A stretch of DNA of 64,000 bases from Candidatus Poribacteria bacterium (GCA_963665235.2 CAXXLX010000002.1:704001-768000); one strand, 5' to 3'. Shown: positions 1 to 11,295, counted from the stretch's first letter. Notes: generated by a model from the letters alone, not told the origin. Made by a program: numbers and translations.

Positions 1-199
1 TCCATTCAGCGAGTTCTTTGTAAACCTCGGCTATGCCTTTGGCTTTCGCTTCGGCTATGACTTGGGCTCTGCCTATGGCTCTGCCTTTAGCTATCCCTTC
101 GGCCCTGCCTTCGGCCCTGCCTTCGGCCCTGCCTTCGGCTCTAGCTTCGGCGAATCGTCTTTTCCGTCTCTCCCGGTGATCTTTAAGCCGTGAAAACAT
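1..199 (-). CDS. Stand-alone EG(R/K)A-repeat protein, paralog of the C-terminal half of 326..871 (runs off window)
   Basis: AAGGAGG at 213..207, ATG at 199; reads MFSRLKDHRERRKRRFAEARAEGRAEGRAEG...VYKELAEW. Not in the ORF track. Confidence 0.75.
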   Translation of the reverse strand, partial: MFSRLKDHRERRKRRFAEARAEGRAEGRAEGRAEGIAKGRAIGRAQVIAEAKAKGIAEVYKELAEW

Positions 200-325
200 A
201 ATCATACCTCCTTAGTTGGCAGTTGGCAGTTGGCAATTAGCAAGAGAAAGAGGTTTCTGCCGTGCGTCAAAAATCTGCTTATAATCATAACCGCTTGCCA
301 ATAGCTAATCGCCAAGTGCTAATCG

Positions 326-871
326 CTAATGAGTAGTGTCAGGTGGTTCGGGGAGGGGTTCGGTGAATGGTTCATTGCGTGCCTGTGCGGCAAGCCGTCT
401 GTTATTCCATTCAGCGATTTCTTTGTAAATCTCGGTTTTCCCTTCGGCTCTGCCTTGGGTTATGCCTTCGGCTTTCCCTTCGGCTCTGCCTTGGGTTATG
501 CCTTCGGCTTTCCCTTCGGCTCTGCCTTGGGTTATGCCTTCGGCTTTCCCTTCGGCTTTCCCTTCGGCTTTCCCTTCGGTTCTAGCTTCCTCGAAGCGTC
601 TTTTCCGTCTGTCCCGATGGTCTTGAAGACGTGAAAACATAATCATAACTCCTTCTATAGTTAGGGTGAGACTTGTAGCCCAGGTCAACGCTTCACCGCC
701 ATGCTCCAGCATCACGGAAAATGCCGCAGACCACGTCCGACCCTCAAGTATTCTCTCATGGAGGAGAATCCCTCCTAATATTGAATAGAAAATGAATATG
801 AGACGAATTAGAGCGTCCTCACCATCTCGAACAGTGAACAACGCGGAACGTGTCTCCTTATTTTTTGTCAT
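326..871 (-). CDS. Membrane protein with C-terminal EGKA/GITQGRAEG repeat region
   Basis: Hydrophobic N-half; 12-bp and 36-bp tandem repeats at about 435-580; AAGGGAAGG SD upstream. Confidence 0.75.
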   Translation of the reverse strand: MTKNKETRSALFTVRDGEDALIRLIFIFYSILGGILLHERILEGRTWSAAFSVMLEHGGEALTWATSLTLTIEGVMIMFSRLQDHRDRRKRRFEEARTEGKAEGKAEGKAEGITQGRAEGKAEGITQGRAEGKAEGITQGRAEGKTEIYKEIAEWNNRRLAAQARNEPFTEPLPEPPDTTH

Positions 872-1279
872 AGATAAATTTCCTTCCCTTATTGATATTC
901 CTCGGCGGGTCGGTCAGTTTTTAAAAATACCGTGCCCTGCCGGGGGGGATTATATCGTTTGAGAATCTTACCTCGGTTTTGAAATAAACCTTAATAAACT
1001 ACTTACAGAATATTATACCAGCTTTTTCATCGATATTCCAGAAAAATATAATCTGGAGCGAGGGTATTTATTTCTCCCAATTTTTCGTTTGGCAACCGTT
1101 GACACTTGGAAGCGGTTGTTGGAAACCAGGAGTCTCTGGCGGGTGTCAAAAATCTGCTTATAATCACAACATCGTGCTAATTTGCTAATTGCTCTTCGCT
1201 AATCTAGTGTTCGTGCAAGCAGCCCGCTCCTCTACTGAACACTGCTTTGTGCCCTACTACAAAAGCGAAACCCGGCAAT

Positions 1280-3709
1280 TTACCGCAATTTCAACGGAAT
1301 ATCTAACACCTGCGGCAATAAACACTGCGTCTCATTACAAGGTTGATAGTCAAGCTTGAGGATAATCGTCCCATCTTTCTTGAGCGATTTATTCGGTTTC
1401 CGTTTCAACCTTACAGAAATCGTAAATGTCCCTTCGTAAACACGTAGGGCTGCATCGCTAAACTCAAATTTCACAGATTTGCCTTTCGGATAGTTCACAT
1501 CAACCACTTCTACCGGAGAATTCTCTTTATCGACGGTGATAGTCGTCGGAATTAAATTGTCTTGTCCCGCCGGGTTTGCGTTAATGTGCCACCCCGCATC
1601 AATTTTAACTTGAACCACCACGTCGAACTGCGCTTTTTGCGTCGGTGTTTTCATCTTCGCAGACGCTGTTACAACCGCCTGCGGTGAATCCCCAAACCCA
1701 AATTCTTCTAGAGGCAACCCCGGGACAGCCGTTTTCTCACCGTTTTCGTCTAAGTTGAAATAGCCGTTGAGAGCAAACAGCATGTGCATAAACGATGCGG
1801 GGGCATCTGCCATCGCTTCCGCAAAGCTAGACAACGTTTTCTCAACGTAATTCCGATAGTTTGTATCCGTTATCTCGGATATAGGCTGCGCATCCGCTGC
1901 CATCAGCATAAAAAAATTGTTAACAGCTACAGCGTTCCCCGACGGTACTGCAGAATCGTGCGGTTTTTTGGTGCGGACAATCAGCTGTTTCGCATCCGCC
2001 TTTGTGAAATAGAATCCCCCATTTTTATCGTCCCAAAAGTGTTGAATCATCTTATCGGTTAGCGGTATCGCGGCTTGCAACCAACGGTCTTCCCCTGTTG
2101 CCTTATGCAGCCCAAGCAGCCCACGGACGAAAAAGGCGTAATCGTCAAGATATGCATCGTATTTCACAACACCAGCGGTATACGTATGCCATAACTCACC
2201 GTTCGGCTTGCTGAGCGTGTCGAGGATAAATTGCGAAGCCTTTGAGGCAGCGGTGAGATACCGTTCTTCACCCAGCACCTCATATCCGTAAGCGAGTGCA
2301 TCTATCATCAAACCGTTCCAACTGACAATAATCTTCGTATCTAGCAGCGGTCGTTCCCGTTTGAAACGTTCCGAGAGGAGCGTTTCCCGCTCGGATTTTA
2401 CAGCTTTCAGGGCATCCTCCGCAGCTGCGTTGTATGGAACATAGAGGACACTTTTACCTTCAAAATTGGGGCCCTTATCTACCCCGTAAATAGTAGCAAA
2501 TTGCGCTGCATTTTCCGGTGCCACCCCTTTTCTGAAGAAAATTGTCTGAATTTCATCGGCTGTCCAGACGTAATATTTTCCCTCTTCGGCATCCGTTTCC
2601 GCGTCTAATGCGGCATAGAATCCGCCTTCGGGGGCAGTCATCTCACGAAAAACAAAACCGAAGATTTCCTCCGCAATTCGGCGGTAGCGCGGTTCTTGCG
2701 TCAGCTGATACGTTTGGAGATAAATTTTCGCTAATTGTGCGTTATCGTAGAGCATCTTCTCAAAGTGCGGGACGTGCCATTTTGCGTCAACGGCATATCT
2801 GTGAAACCCCCCGCCGATTTGGTCATAAATTCCACCGTAAGCCATCATATCCAACGTATGCGTCACCATCGTCAGAAGGGATTCCTGTTCTGTGTGCGGT
2901 GTTTGCTGATATTCACTCAGCAGAAATTCGAGATTGGCAGGGTTTGGAAATTTCGGGGCTGCCCCAAATCCACCGTCCGCCTGACTATAGGTCTCTTGTA
3001 GGTGCGCCACAGCAGCAGCGATAAGCGAGCGGTTGAGCGGTTTATCCGTTTCCTTAAGCTGGGTTTCTAAGCCAAGTCCTGCGGTGGTGAACCGTCTATT
3101 TGTCATTAATTCAATAGCGTACGTAATCCGGTCAGCCGATTCTATCACCTCTGCTTCTCGGGTTTTCCAAGCGTCTAGGACTAACGTCATGATAGTTGGA
3201 AACCCCGGCCTGCCGGGCATATCTGCCGGCGGAAAGTAGGTGCCCGCATAAAACGGTTTCAAATCGGGGGTGAGAAAGACAGAGTTAGGCCACCCGCCAC
3301 GTTGAAGCAATAGCTGCGTCGCTGTCATATAAATTTCGTCGAGGTCCGGGCGTTCCTCCCTATCAATTTTGATGTTAATAAAGTTCTCGTTCATCTGTTT
3401 CGCGATTTCTGGATTAGAGAAGACTTTCCGCTCCATCACGTGGCACCAGTAACACGTGGAATAGCCGACAGAGAGAAAAATCGGTTTGTTTTCCGCCTTC
3501 GCGCGTGTCAACGCCTCATCGCCCCACGGATACCACTCTACTGGATTGTGTGCATGAAGTAGAAGATAGGGGCTTGTTTCGTTGCTGAGCCGATTGGTCC
3601 ACTTCCATGAACCGTCCGGATTTTTGAGTGCAGCTTCGTCTGCACCTGCTATAATAGCGATATTAAGCAGTATGAGACAAACTATAATGTTGCGTATTTT
3701 CCTTTTCAT
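1280..3709 (-). CDS. Thioredoxin-domain protein YyaL/DUF255 family with C-terminal DsbD-N-like domain
   Basis: [36 protein letters not shown]; C-terminal WHINANP...[12 protein letters not shown]; signal peptide from the Met at 3709. Confidence 0.9.
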   Translation of the reverse strand: MKRKIRNIIVCLILLNIAIIAGADEAALKNPDGSWKWTNRLSNETSPYLLLHAHNPVEWYPWGDEALTRAKAENKPIFLSVGYSTCYWCHVMERKVFSNPEIAKQMNENFINIKIDREERPDLDEIYMTATQLLLQRGGWPNSVFLTPDLKPFYAGTYFPPADMPGRPGFPTIMTLVLDAWKTREAEVIESADRITYAIELMTNRRFTTAGLGLETQLKETDKPLNRSLIAAAVAHLQETYSQADGGFGAAPKFPNPANLEFLLSEYQQTPHTEQESLLTMVTHTLDMMAYGGIYDQIGGGFHRYAVDAKWHVPHFEKMLYDNAQLAKIYLQTYQLTQEPRYRRIAEEIFGFVFREMTAPEGGFYAALDAETDAEEGKYYVWTADEIQTIFFRKGVAPENAAQFATIYGVDKGPNFEGKSVLYVPYNAAAEDALKAVKSERETLLSERFKRERPLLDTKIIVSWNGLMIDALAYGYEVLGEERYLTAASKASQFILDTLSKPNGELWHTYTAGVVKYDAYLDDYAFFVRGLLGLHKATGEDRWLQAAIPLTDKMIQHFWDDKNGGFYFTKADAKQLIVRTKKPHDSAVPSGNAVAVNNFFMLMAADAQPISEITDTNYRNYVEKTLSSFAEAMADAPASFMHMLFALNGYFNLDENGEKTAVPGLPLEEFGFGDSPQAVVTASAKMKTPTQKAQFDVVVQVKIDAGWHINANPAGQDNLIPTTITVDKENSPVEVVDVNYPKGKSVKFEFSDAALRVYEGTFTISVRLKRKPNKSLKKDGTIILKLDYQPCNETQCLLPQVLDIPLKLR

Positions 3710-3723
3710 GACACTATATCCTT

Positions 3724-3936
3724 CTATTCCAAATCCTCCGATGTCCATGCTTCGGTAGCTTTTGCGAATTCCGCGGAAAGCTCTTCAGAAATAGTATTTT
3801 CAATTAGCTGTATAAGGTCAGCACGAAATTTAACCCAATCTTGACCACGGCGGGTAAATCTGTGCATACCAGCAATTTCAACGAACATCGTATCGTTCGG
3901 TTCCGACATAGATTCAAAATAACGATTAACTTGCAT
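3724..3936 (-). CDS. Small hypothetical protein (70 aa)
   Basis: Strong AAAGGAGG SD; directly upstream of and co-oriented with the YyaL-like gene. Confidence 0.7.
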   Translation of the reverse strand: MQVNRYFESMSEPNDTMFVEIAGMHRFTRRGQDWVKFRADLIQLIENTISEELSAEFAKATEAWTSEDLE

Positions 3937-4012
3937 AATTTCCTCCTTTCTCTTTTATACTAAAGTTTTGGACAATTTTAGGAGTTTCCATTTCCGTTTT
4001 TTTTATAAACAT

Positions 4013-4125
4013 CAGGACTTACGCAAATTTATCAGGAGTCTTGTAGGGGCGGGGTCCCCCCGCCCGCTATGTCTCGCTCTAGAGCCCACTATCATAAGGG
4101 TTTATCAACGCGCTGCGTAAGTCCT
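4013..4125. mobile_element. MITE with AGGACTTACGCA terminal inverted repeats
   Basis: 12-bp perfect IR at 4014-4025 and 4114-4125; AAACAT on both flanks; one matching end again at about 49599. Confidence 0.7.
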
Positions 4126-4128
4126 AAA

Positions 4129-4392
4129 CATATCACCCCTACGGGGTTTAGTCCGGGCGAGGTGTGATGTTCTCTATAAATATATCACCCCTACGGGGTT
4201 TAGTCCGGGCGAGGTGCGATGTTCTCTATAAATATATCACCCCTACGGGGTTTAGTCCGGGCGAGGTGTGATGTTCTCTATAAATATATCACCCCTACGG
4301 GGTTTAGTCCGGGCGAGGTGCGATGTTCTCTATAAATATATCACCCCTACGGGGTTTAGTCCGGGCGAGGTGCGGTGTTCTCTATAAATATA
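4129..4392. repeat. REP-like tandem array, about 5 x 52 bp, hairpin ACCCC-TAC-GGGGT
   Basis: Near-identical 52-bp period read directly from the sequence. Confidence 0.9.
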
Positions 4393-4458
4393 CCACGATT
4401 AGCAATTGGCAAATTGGCTCATTGGTGATTAGCAATTAGCAAGAGGTTTGTGATTCTA

Positions 4459-4704
4459 ATACCATTTCTAATTGAAAATGTCTCTTTATTGTAGCATAAA
4501 CTTCCAGTTTGTGCTCTTTATTGTAGCATAAACTTCCAGTTTGTGCTCTTTATTGTAGCATAAACTTCCAGTTTGTGCTCTTTATTGTAGCATAAACTTC
4601 CAGTTTGTGCTCTTTATTGTAGCATAAACTTCCAGTTTGTGTCTTCCGTTCTCCGTTTGATTTCTAACAACCGGTAATGATAGAATAATTAATAAAAATG
4701 GTAT
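4459..4704. mobile_element. MITE (ATACCATTT TIRs) carrying 5 x 32-bp hairpin repeats
   Basis: Homologous copies at 44319-44469 and 49687-49837 (inverted), each with 2 units. Confidence 0.8.
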
Positions 4705-4787
4705 AAGAAGAACTCTGAAGCGCGTCAGAGACCTCTTTCTCTTGCCAACAGCCAATAGCCAACAGCCAATAGCCAACAGCCAATCAC

Positions 4788-5474
4788 CTACATCCATTCG
4801 TGCATTTCCCAACCTTCAGTGAGTGCTTTTTTGCGGAGAGCACCGCTCGGATTCACAACAGCAGGGTAACCAACGCAATTCAACATCGGTAGGTCAGATT
4901 GACTATCGCTATAGGCGTAACAAATTGGCAGCGGAATTTCCGTTTCATCCGCGAAGGTTGTCAATGCGATTTCCTTCTGTTTTCCGATAAGCGGGTCAGT
5001 TGTGAGTGCACCTGTGAACTTTCCATCCTGTTCTTCAAGCTGTGGTGCCAGAACAGAATCTACTTCAAGGTAGTCCGCAATCGGTTGAACGATGAAATCC
5101 AATGAACCCGTCACGAATACAACGTAGTCCCCCCGTTCCTTATGCTCCTGAATTTGGGTGACAGCTGCAGAGAAGATTTTCTCGCGGATATAGGTCCCAA
5201 ACATATCTGCAGCCAACGTCTTTATTTCCGCCGCATTCATCCCGCGATAGTTTCTATAGAAAACCTGATTGAACCGTGTTCGGCTGAATCTATCCAGAAT
5301 GAGATAGTAGACAATTTTCGGGAGAAACCCGATTAACCAAAAAACCTTTAGAAACCGCGAGAGCGATGCAGTCCGCAACCAAATGTAGTAGTGGACGATA
5401 GTTGATTTGAGCAAAGTGCCATCTACATCAAAAAAGGCGATGGCATTCTTTTCTAGCGAATCCATGTTTTTCAA
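4788..5474 (-). CDS. HAD-IB family hydrolase (ElbB-like)
   Basis: FFDVDGTL, TGS and YSDSQSD motifs; 3 nt downstream of the ElbD-like gene. Confidence 0.85.
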   Translation of the reverse strand: MKNMDSLEKNAIAFFDVDGTLLKSTIVHYYIWLRTASLSRFLKVFWLIGFLPKIVYYLILDRFSRTRFNQVFYRNYRGMNAAEIKTLAADMFGTYIREKIFSAAVTQIQEHKERGDYVVFVTGSLDFIVQPIADYLEVDSVLAPQLEEQDGKFTGALTTDPLIGKQKEIALTTFADETEIPLPICYAYSDSQSDLPMLNCVGYPAVVNPSGALRKKALTEGWEMHEWM

Positions 5475-5477
5475 TCC

Positions 5478-8400
5478 CTAACGAAGTGTTTCTTCGAGTT
5501 CAGCAACGCGGTTTTGAAGCGTCTCCAAAAACTGCTGATATCTTTCCGGGTTCGCCGCGATGTCCCCCGGTTCTTGTGAAACCTTGAGCAGCAACGGCTC
5601 CCCGAAAACTATCTGAATCGGATGTTTCTTCGGAAAATTTCTGCCCTTCGGCAGTGCCTGATAGGTACCCTTAATATAGGCCGGTATGACGGGTACCTGC
5701 TGTTCACCGACAAGCAGGCTAAGAATTCCCGGTTTGAAAGGCTGCAAGGTCCCATCAAGTGACCGTGTGCCTTCTGGAAAAACGAGCAATCCGTTGTTTT
5801 GTGCCATCACCTGATTCGCCATCCGCAAATCTTTTAGGAACTGTGCAAAATCACCTTCGCGTTCTATCGGGAGCACATTGAGGCAATTTCGCGCGAACCA
5901 TCCCTGCAACGAATTCGCAAACCAATAATCGCGTGCACCGAGCGTCCACAGTTGGTGTGATTTTTGTCCCAAAGCGGTGATAACTGTCAAGGTATCCAAG
6001 TGGCTAGTGTGATTCGGTGTAATAATATAGGGTTGGTCCTGTGGAATATTTTCTAATCCGAAAAACTGAAACGAGAAGCGGTGCCGGTACATGCTTCGGA
6101 TGCCTGCACGAAATGTCTGGGCATACCAGCTCGGTTTTTCGGGAAGGTTTAAAGGGACAACAGCCGTATCGGTTTCTGACTCGTGCACGCCTGTTTTAAA
6201 ATTTTGGGTCAATTCAACGACATCCCCCACCGTCTGCAAGTTCGCTAGCAGTGCATCAGGAATTGTTTGTCCGAGACGCGATTCTAGGAGCATTAACAGA
6301 TCGAGACGGGTGAGCGAGTCAAGCCCGAGGTCCGTATCTAAACGGTTTTGTCTGTCAATTTGCTGTGCAGGCATGCGTGCTAATCGTGCAAGTGCGGTTA
6401 TAATTTCTTCCGGAAGATTCTCCGCTGCGTCTGAATTGGGAGATGCATTTTCGGTGTCACTCGTGTCGAGGTTTTCCTGGGCAAGCTGTGCTTGTAGCAG
6501 TTCTTTAACCCGGTGCCGGTCGATTTTACCCTCTTCTGTTTTCGGCAACGGGGTGTGCCACAGATGGGATTTATGGAAATGTTGATAACTTGGCAGCTGC
6601 TTTGCACACGTTTGGAGGTGCGTTTGAATTTCTGTTTCAGTCGTTTCATCTTCGGCTGTCGGGACAATCACAGCGTGAATAGCCGTATCAGTGTTATCTT
6701 CGTAAGGAATGCCAACGACACACATATCAGCAATAGCGGGGGTATTCCGATAAAGTGTTTCCAATTCAACAGGGTACACATTTTTACCAGAGGCGGGGAC
6801 AATAATATCCTTACAGTGCCCCGTAATATAGAGATAACCCTCCGCGTCCATATACCCGAGGTCTCCCGTGTAGAGCCATCCATTTTGAACGGCTGCTGCC
6901 GTAGCAGCTGGATTTTGGTAATAGCCTTTCATAGTGCTGGGGCCCTTTGCGATGATTTGGCCGATACCCTCACTATTAGGGTTTTCAATGTGAAGCTCTA
7001 CACCTGCCACTGCTGGGCCGACCGAACCCCGTCTACTTTTTAGGTACGGATTCACACTAAGCACCGGGGCGGTCTCTGTCATGCCGTAGCCTTGGTAGAC
7101 CGTCATGCCGAACTTTTGGAAACCGTCGTAAACAGTATCGGCAAGCGCGGCACCCCCGCTAACAAGCACGCGAATTTGTCCCCCCATGACAGCTTGTGCC
7201 TTTTGCGCTAAGGTATCCCCCGGGGTGTCTTCTCGCATCGCTTGACGTTCAATCGTACTTTGGAGCAGCTGGAAAAGACGCGGGACACCAATAAAGGCAG
7301 TCGTTTTCACCTCACGCATCGTCTTCAACAACGTTGTCGGCCGGAATGCGTTGACATAAGTCGCTGTTGTACCGCTATAAAGTGCCATCAATAAGCTACA
7401 AGAAAAACTCAGCGCGTGATACAACGGCAGCACTGACAGAATCCGCTCCGTATCTTCAGGCGGAAGGGCTTTGGCAACTGCTCGGACGTTAGAGATAAAA
7501 CCGCCATGCGTAAGCATCGCGCCTTTCGCTTCCACAGTGGTCCCCATCGTAAAAATGATAGAAGCCACGGTGTCTGGCGAAACCGTTACATTCGGAAAAT
7601 CGGGTGGAATTTCTTTAGCACCCTCCCCAATCTCACCGAAGGTGTTAATATTTTGCAAGGGCTGTTTTGCCGACTCCAACGTCGTACCCGCCTTTGCTAA
7701 AACGGTTTCAGATGCCAAGATTAATTTCGCTTCCGTAAATTCGGCGATGGCTAAAATTTCAGCGGGTGACGTTTGTGCGTCAAGCGGAACCACAGCAACA
7801 CCGATTTGCACAGCAGCAAGGTAGGCGAGGCACCACTCCGGCTGATTTTCAGAAACCAAAACTGCCCGGTCACCTTCGCGTAAACCGCTTTCCCACAACT
7901 GAAACGCAACTTGACGGGACCGCGTGTAGGTTTCCGAGTATGTATAATGCTCCCATTTTCCATCTTTTACCATCTGAAGGGCTATCTTATCCGGAATACG
8001 TTCCGCCTGTATTTTAATCAGATCAACGATTGTTTTGGGGGAAATCCGGTCAATTGGATTGACAGCCGTTTCAGCAGACTCCTCCGATTCGTCTTGTGAA
8101 CCCGATTTTCCAGATTTTGGAGTCCCCGTGTCTGTTTCGTTTGTCTCCGATGTCGTCGATGTTCTATCCTCAAGTTTAAGCACGTGTCGCTTGATACCGG
8201 GGATGTGAATTTCCTGAAAATACTGTTTCCAGTGAATTTGAGAAACATCAAAATTAAAACGTTGCTGCTCTATAGGTGAGAGTGCTTCATAGAGTGCTTG
8301 CGTTTTTCCGGTTTCGAATTCGAAGCTGGTGCGTGTGTAAGGGGCGTAAATTCTGACATAATGCAGTAATGCCTTGAGACCGTTCTGTTTTAAGATGAGT

Positions 8401-9767
8401 TTACGGCGTTTGCGTTTTGCGGCACGCATCGGGAACCGCGCGAGGCCCTGAATTACGCCATCAAGCATCCGCATCTTGCTCATTAATTTCTTCTCGAACA
8501 GCTCCAGAGTCGGATATTGCCACACAGGGACAGGAATCGGTTGCCCATTTTCCAGAAACGGGTTTTCAACGAAATACTCGTAAGTTGCATCAACGATACC
8601 CCGAAAATAGAGCGGATTCTGTGTACCAGTCGCGACGTGATACACCTCAATACCGCCATGTCTTGCAGTCGCTTCAGCCGCAGCTAACATTGCATTCACT
8701 ACGAAATCTACCGGAATAATGTCCAAAATAATATCCGGGTCAGCAGGAAAATCGGGGATACGGCCCTTCGCGAAACCGACAATAAGCGGTTCCGACATCC
8801 GAAATTTTTCAAGCCAACCGAGAGGCGGTTCCGCAAAACTACTCTCAATAATAGAGGGACGGACTATGGCAGTCGGCAAATCCCCCCGGAGCTCCATAAT
8901 TACCTGTTCCGCAAGGAATTTCATATACGTATAGGTATCATTCCAGCCACGGGCGCGCGCGTTTTTAATGCCCACCTCTACAAGAGTCGTTTCAATCCAT
9001 TCTGCTTTCACCTCCGCTGTAAGCGTTTCAACACTTTTTCGGGAGAGACGTTTATCTGTTTTTCGTCGGTGTTGTGCTGCTTTTTTGAACTGTGCCTGCA
9101 GCGTTGGGGTTTCCGCTTCATCGCGAATAGCTTGACTCAATGCAAGCAGATCTTCAATTTCCTCCGAGAGTGTTAGCGGGATGGGTGTTTCCGTGTTCTC
9201 GTTATGCTGCTGTGCATAAACTTCGTAAGGCGGATGGAGTTCCTCTGGGACCAGGCCCGGATTGTCACCGCAGACATAGGCGGTTGAGACATGTAGGAAC
9301 ACAACGTTAGTACAGCCTTTAGCAAACGTCACGACGTGTTTAGCGGCGAGCGCGTTGCCCTTCAGTGAAGCATCAAACGGCGGGTCGAACTGCACGAGAC
9401 CAGCGATGTTAATGAAAACGTCAACCTCCTTCTGAAGGCGTTGATAGTCCGCATCGCTGAAACCGAGACGTTCATCGGTCAGCTCCCCTTCAACCGCGAT
9501 AATCTTTTCGGTTGCCCATGTCTTAAACTGCTCCCCATGTACCCGATGCAACTCGCCAAAAACAGCCGAAGTTAACAGCTCATTTTCTAAACGTTCTTGA
9601 GCGGTGATAATATTGCCATTTGACTCAGTCCGGCTGCGAATGAGCAGGTAAATTTTTTCAACCTCCGGAAGAGACGTTAAGATTTTGGCAACCATCGGTT
9701 GTCCCAGGAAGGCGGTACCCCCTGTAATCAATAGTACCTTACCACGAAAAAAATCGGTTATTGACAT
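5478..9767 (-). CDS. Multidomain fatty acyl reductase / acyl-CoA synthetase / ACP / acyltransferase (ElbD-like)
   Basis: GGTAFLG, STAYV and YTYMK (FAR); GYGMTE and TGDLG (AMP-binding); LGLDSL (ACP); NHTSHLD and FPEGTRS (PlsC). Confidence 0.88.
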   Translation of the reverse strand: MSITDFFRGKVLLITGGTAFLGQPMVAKILTSLPEVEKIYLLIRSRTESNGNIITAQERLENELLTSAVFGELHRVHGEQFKTWATEKIIAVEGELTDERLGFSDADYQRLQKEVDVFINIAGLVQFDPPFDASLKGNALAAKHVVTFAKGCTNVVFLHVSTAYVCGDNPGLVPEELHPPYEVYAQQHNENTETPIPLTLSEEIEDLLALSQAIRDEAETPTLQAQFKKAAQHRRKTDKRLSRKSVETLTAEVKAEWIETTLVEVGIKNARARGWNDTYTYMKFLAEQVIMELRGDLPTAIVRPSIIESSFAEPPLGWLEKFRMSEPLIVGFAKGRIPDFPADPDIILDIIPVDFVVNAMLAAAEATARHGGIEVYHVATGTQNPLYFRGIVDATYEYFVENPFLENGQPIPVPVWQYPTLELFEKKLMSKMRMLDGVIQGLARFPMRAAKRKRRKLILKQNGLKALLHYVRIYAPYTRTSFEFETGKTQALYEALSPIEQQRFNFDVSQIHWKQYFQEIHIPGIKRHVLKLEDRTSTTSETNETDTGTPKSGKSGSQDESEESAETAVNPIDRISPKTIVDLIKIQAERIPDKIALQMVKDGKWEHYTYSETYTRSRQVAFQLWESGLREGDRAVLVSENQPEWCLAYLAAVQIGVAVVPLDAQTSPAEILAIAEFTEAKLILASETVLAKAGTTLESAKQPLQNINTFGEIGEGAKEIPPDFPNVTVSPDTVASIIFTMGTTVEAKGAMLTHGGFISNVRAVAKALPPEDTERILSVLPLYHALSFSCSLLMALYSGTTATYVNAFRPTTLLKTMREVKTTAFIGVPRLFQLLQSTIERQAMREDTPGDTLAQKAQAVMGGQIRVLVSGGAALADTVYDGFQKFGMTVYQGYGMTETAPVLSVNPYLKSRRGSVGPAVAGVELHIENPNSEGIGQIIAKGPSTMKGYYQNPAATAAAVQNGWLYTGDLGYMDAEGYLYITGHCKDIIVPASGKNVYPVELETLYRNTPAIADMCVVGIPYEDNTDTAIHAVIVPTAEDETTETEIQTHLQTCAKQLPSYQHFHKSHLWHTPLPKTEEGKIDRHRVKELLQAQLAQENLDTSDTENASPNSDAAENLPEEIITALARLARMPAQQIDRQNRLDTDLGLDSLTRLDLLMLLESRLGQTIPDALLANLQTVGDVVELTQNFKTGVHESETDTAVVPLNLPEKPSWYAQTFRAGIRSMYRHRFSFQFFGLENIPQDQPYIITPNHTSHLDTLTVITALGQKSHQLWTLGARDYWFANSLQGWFARNCLNVLPIEREGDFAQFLKDLRMANQVMAQNNGLLVFPEGTRSLDGTLQPFKPGILSLLVGEQQVPVIPAYIKGTYQALPKGRNFPKKHPIQIVFGEPLLLKVSQEPGDIAANPERYQQFLETLQNRVAELEETLR

Positions 9768-10197
9768 AATTTCCTTTTCTGTCTTTCGTATTTTTTGCTA
9801 ATTGTTTCGCGTATAGATTTGAAAAATGTCTCACTTGCTATAGATATACTTTAACATATTTTAGAATAAAAAGTCAAATACATTCCAAGATTAGGGTGTG
9901 TAAAGTTTTTGTACAAAACCGGTGTAAATGTTACACTTTTGACACAAAGTGTAACATTTACTTCTCAGTGCTGCAGTCGCACAAACTCACGCCCCGTCTA
10001 TGTTTAGAAGCATTTTCGACCCGTCTTTTTCACAACACATAAAAAATGAGTTGTGACATTTCGACCGCCGATTTTCGTTTATCAGTTCTGCCTACTTTTC
10101 TTATCGTTCTGCCTCCTACTTTTTGAGACCGTTCCGATTTATCGGATTTCTCGGATTTTAAGCAATAGAAGGTTTGTGATTATGAGCTAGGGTGTTG

Positions 10198-10342
10198 TGT
10201 TTTCTATAAATATACCGCCCGGCTGGGGCTAGCTTGTGTTGTGTTGTTGTGTTTTCTATAAATATACCGCCCCGCTGGGGCTAGCTTGTCTGGCACCCGC
10301 GCTTCTATAAACATACCGCCCCGCTGGGGCTAGCTTGTCTGG
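10198..10342. repeat. Three REP-like units CTATAAAYATACC-GCCCC-GCT-GGGGC-TAG
   Basis: Three direct copies, same family as the 52-bp and 50-bp arrays. Confidence 0.8.
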
Positions 10343-10370
10343 CGTTCACATTAAACATGTTGCCCCGATA

Positions 10371-11295
10371 CCCCTAGTCCCGTAGGGACGATATATTTAT
10401 AGAAGCAGATGTTTCGACAACCCCTAGTCCCGTAGGGACGATATATTTATAGAAGCAGATGTTTCGACAACCCCTAGTCCCGTAGGGACGATATATTTAT
10501 AGATAGCACCGATGTCAATTCCGACCAACCCCTAGTGAAACTCAAGTCTTTTCGTACGCCGGGCTTCAGCCGGTTCGCTTTATACAGCGAAGCGGTTTTA
10601 TGTGTGTTGAGATTGTCACAAACGAGTGTAATCTTTTCAGCCTCCGGAAAATGGACATCCACTAGGTCTCGGCAAATGAAGGCAAAGTCAATGCTTGTGC
10701 GTCTGTCGGTTACCTCAACGTGCCGAAATCAAATCATGAACAGATTACTCACACCATTTTTGATAATCATATCGGAGCGGAGCCCCTTCAACCATGGGTA
10801 AAGGGCTTCGGGTTTCTTTGAAGTTTCATCAACACAAACTACCCGATTTTTGGTATCTTGTTTAGACACACCCTAGTCCCGATTAGGGACGAGGTCTAAG
10901 TTCGTTTTTTTTATATTTCCAATAGAAGCGATGTTTCGAAAACCCCTAGTCCCGTAGGGAGGTTTTCGCACAAAGGCTTCGGGTTTTCAAAGCAGTATGT
11001 TTCGACAACCCCTAGATCGGGCACGTAAGGGATCGATGAGATATTGATATAGAAGCCAGATGTTTCGTAACTCAAGCATTATAAACACATTCTTTATCAA
11101 TATACTATCGACACTAGTCCCGTAGGGACGATATATTTATAGAAGCAGATGTTTCGACAACCCCTAGTCCCGTAGGGACGATATATTTATAGAAGCAGAT
11201 GTTTCGACAACCCCTAGTCCCGTAGGGACGATATATTTATAGAAGCAGATGTTTCGACAACCCCTAGTCCCGTAGGGACGATATATTTATAGAGA
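10371..11295. repeat. 50-bp REP-like array (GTCCC-GTA-GGGAC) interrupted by IS630 sequence
   Basis: Clean units at 10371, 10421, 11161 and 11211; degenerate units in between. Confidence 0.85.
10535..10920 (-). pseudogene. IS630-family transposase remnant
   Basis: KKNELRP with an A8C slippery tract, VVCVDETSK, RHVEVTDRRTSIDFA, ITLVCDNLNTH, KRLEFH; many deletions. Confidence 0.8.

Noticed and set aside
329-634. GFPFGSALGYAF repeat ORFs on the + strand
   Set aside because: Antisense shadows of the EGKA repeats; the same applies to 60045-60512
4129-4640. Possible CRISPR arrays (52-bp and 32-bp periods)
   Set aside because: Units are contiguous or have near-identical spacers, there are no cas genes, and the same units recur as dispersed REP/MITE cargo
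4582-4812. 76-aa ORF
   Set aside because: Composed of heptamer and MITE sequence
10371-11295. Possible CRISPR array (50-bp period)
   Set aside because: No unique spacers; the intervening sequence is IS630 debris
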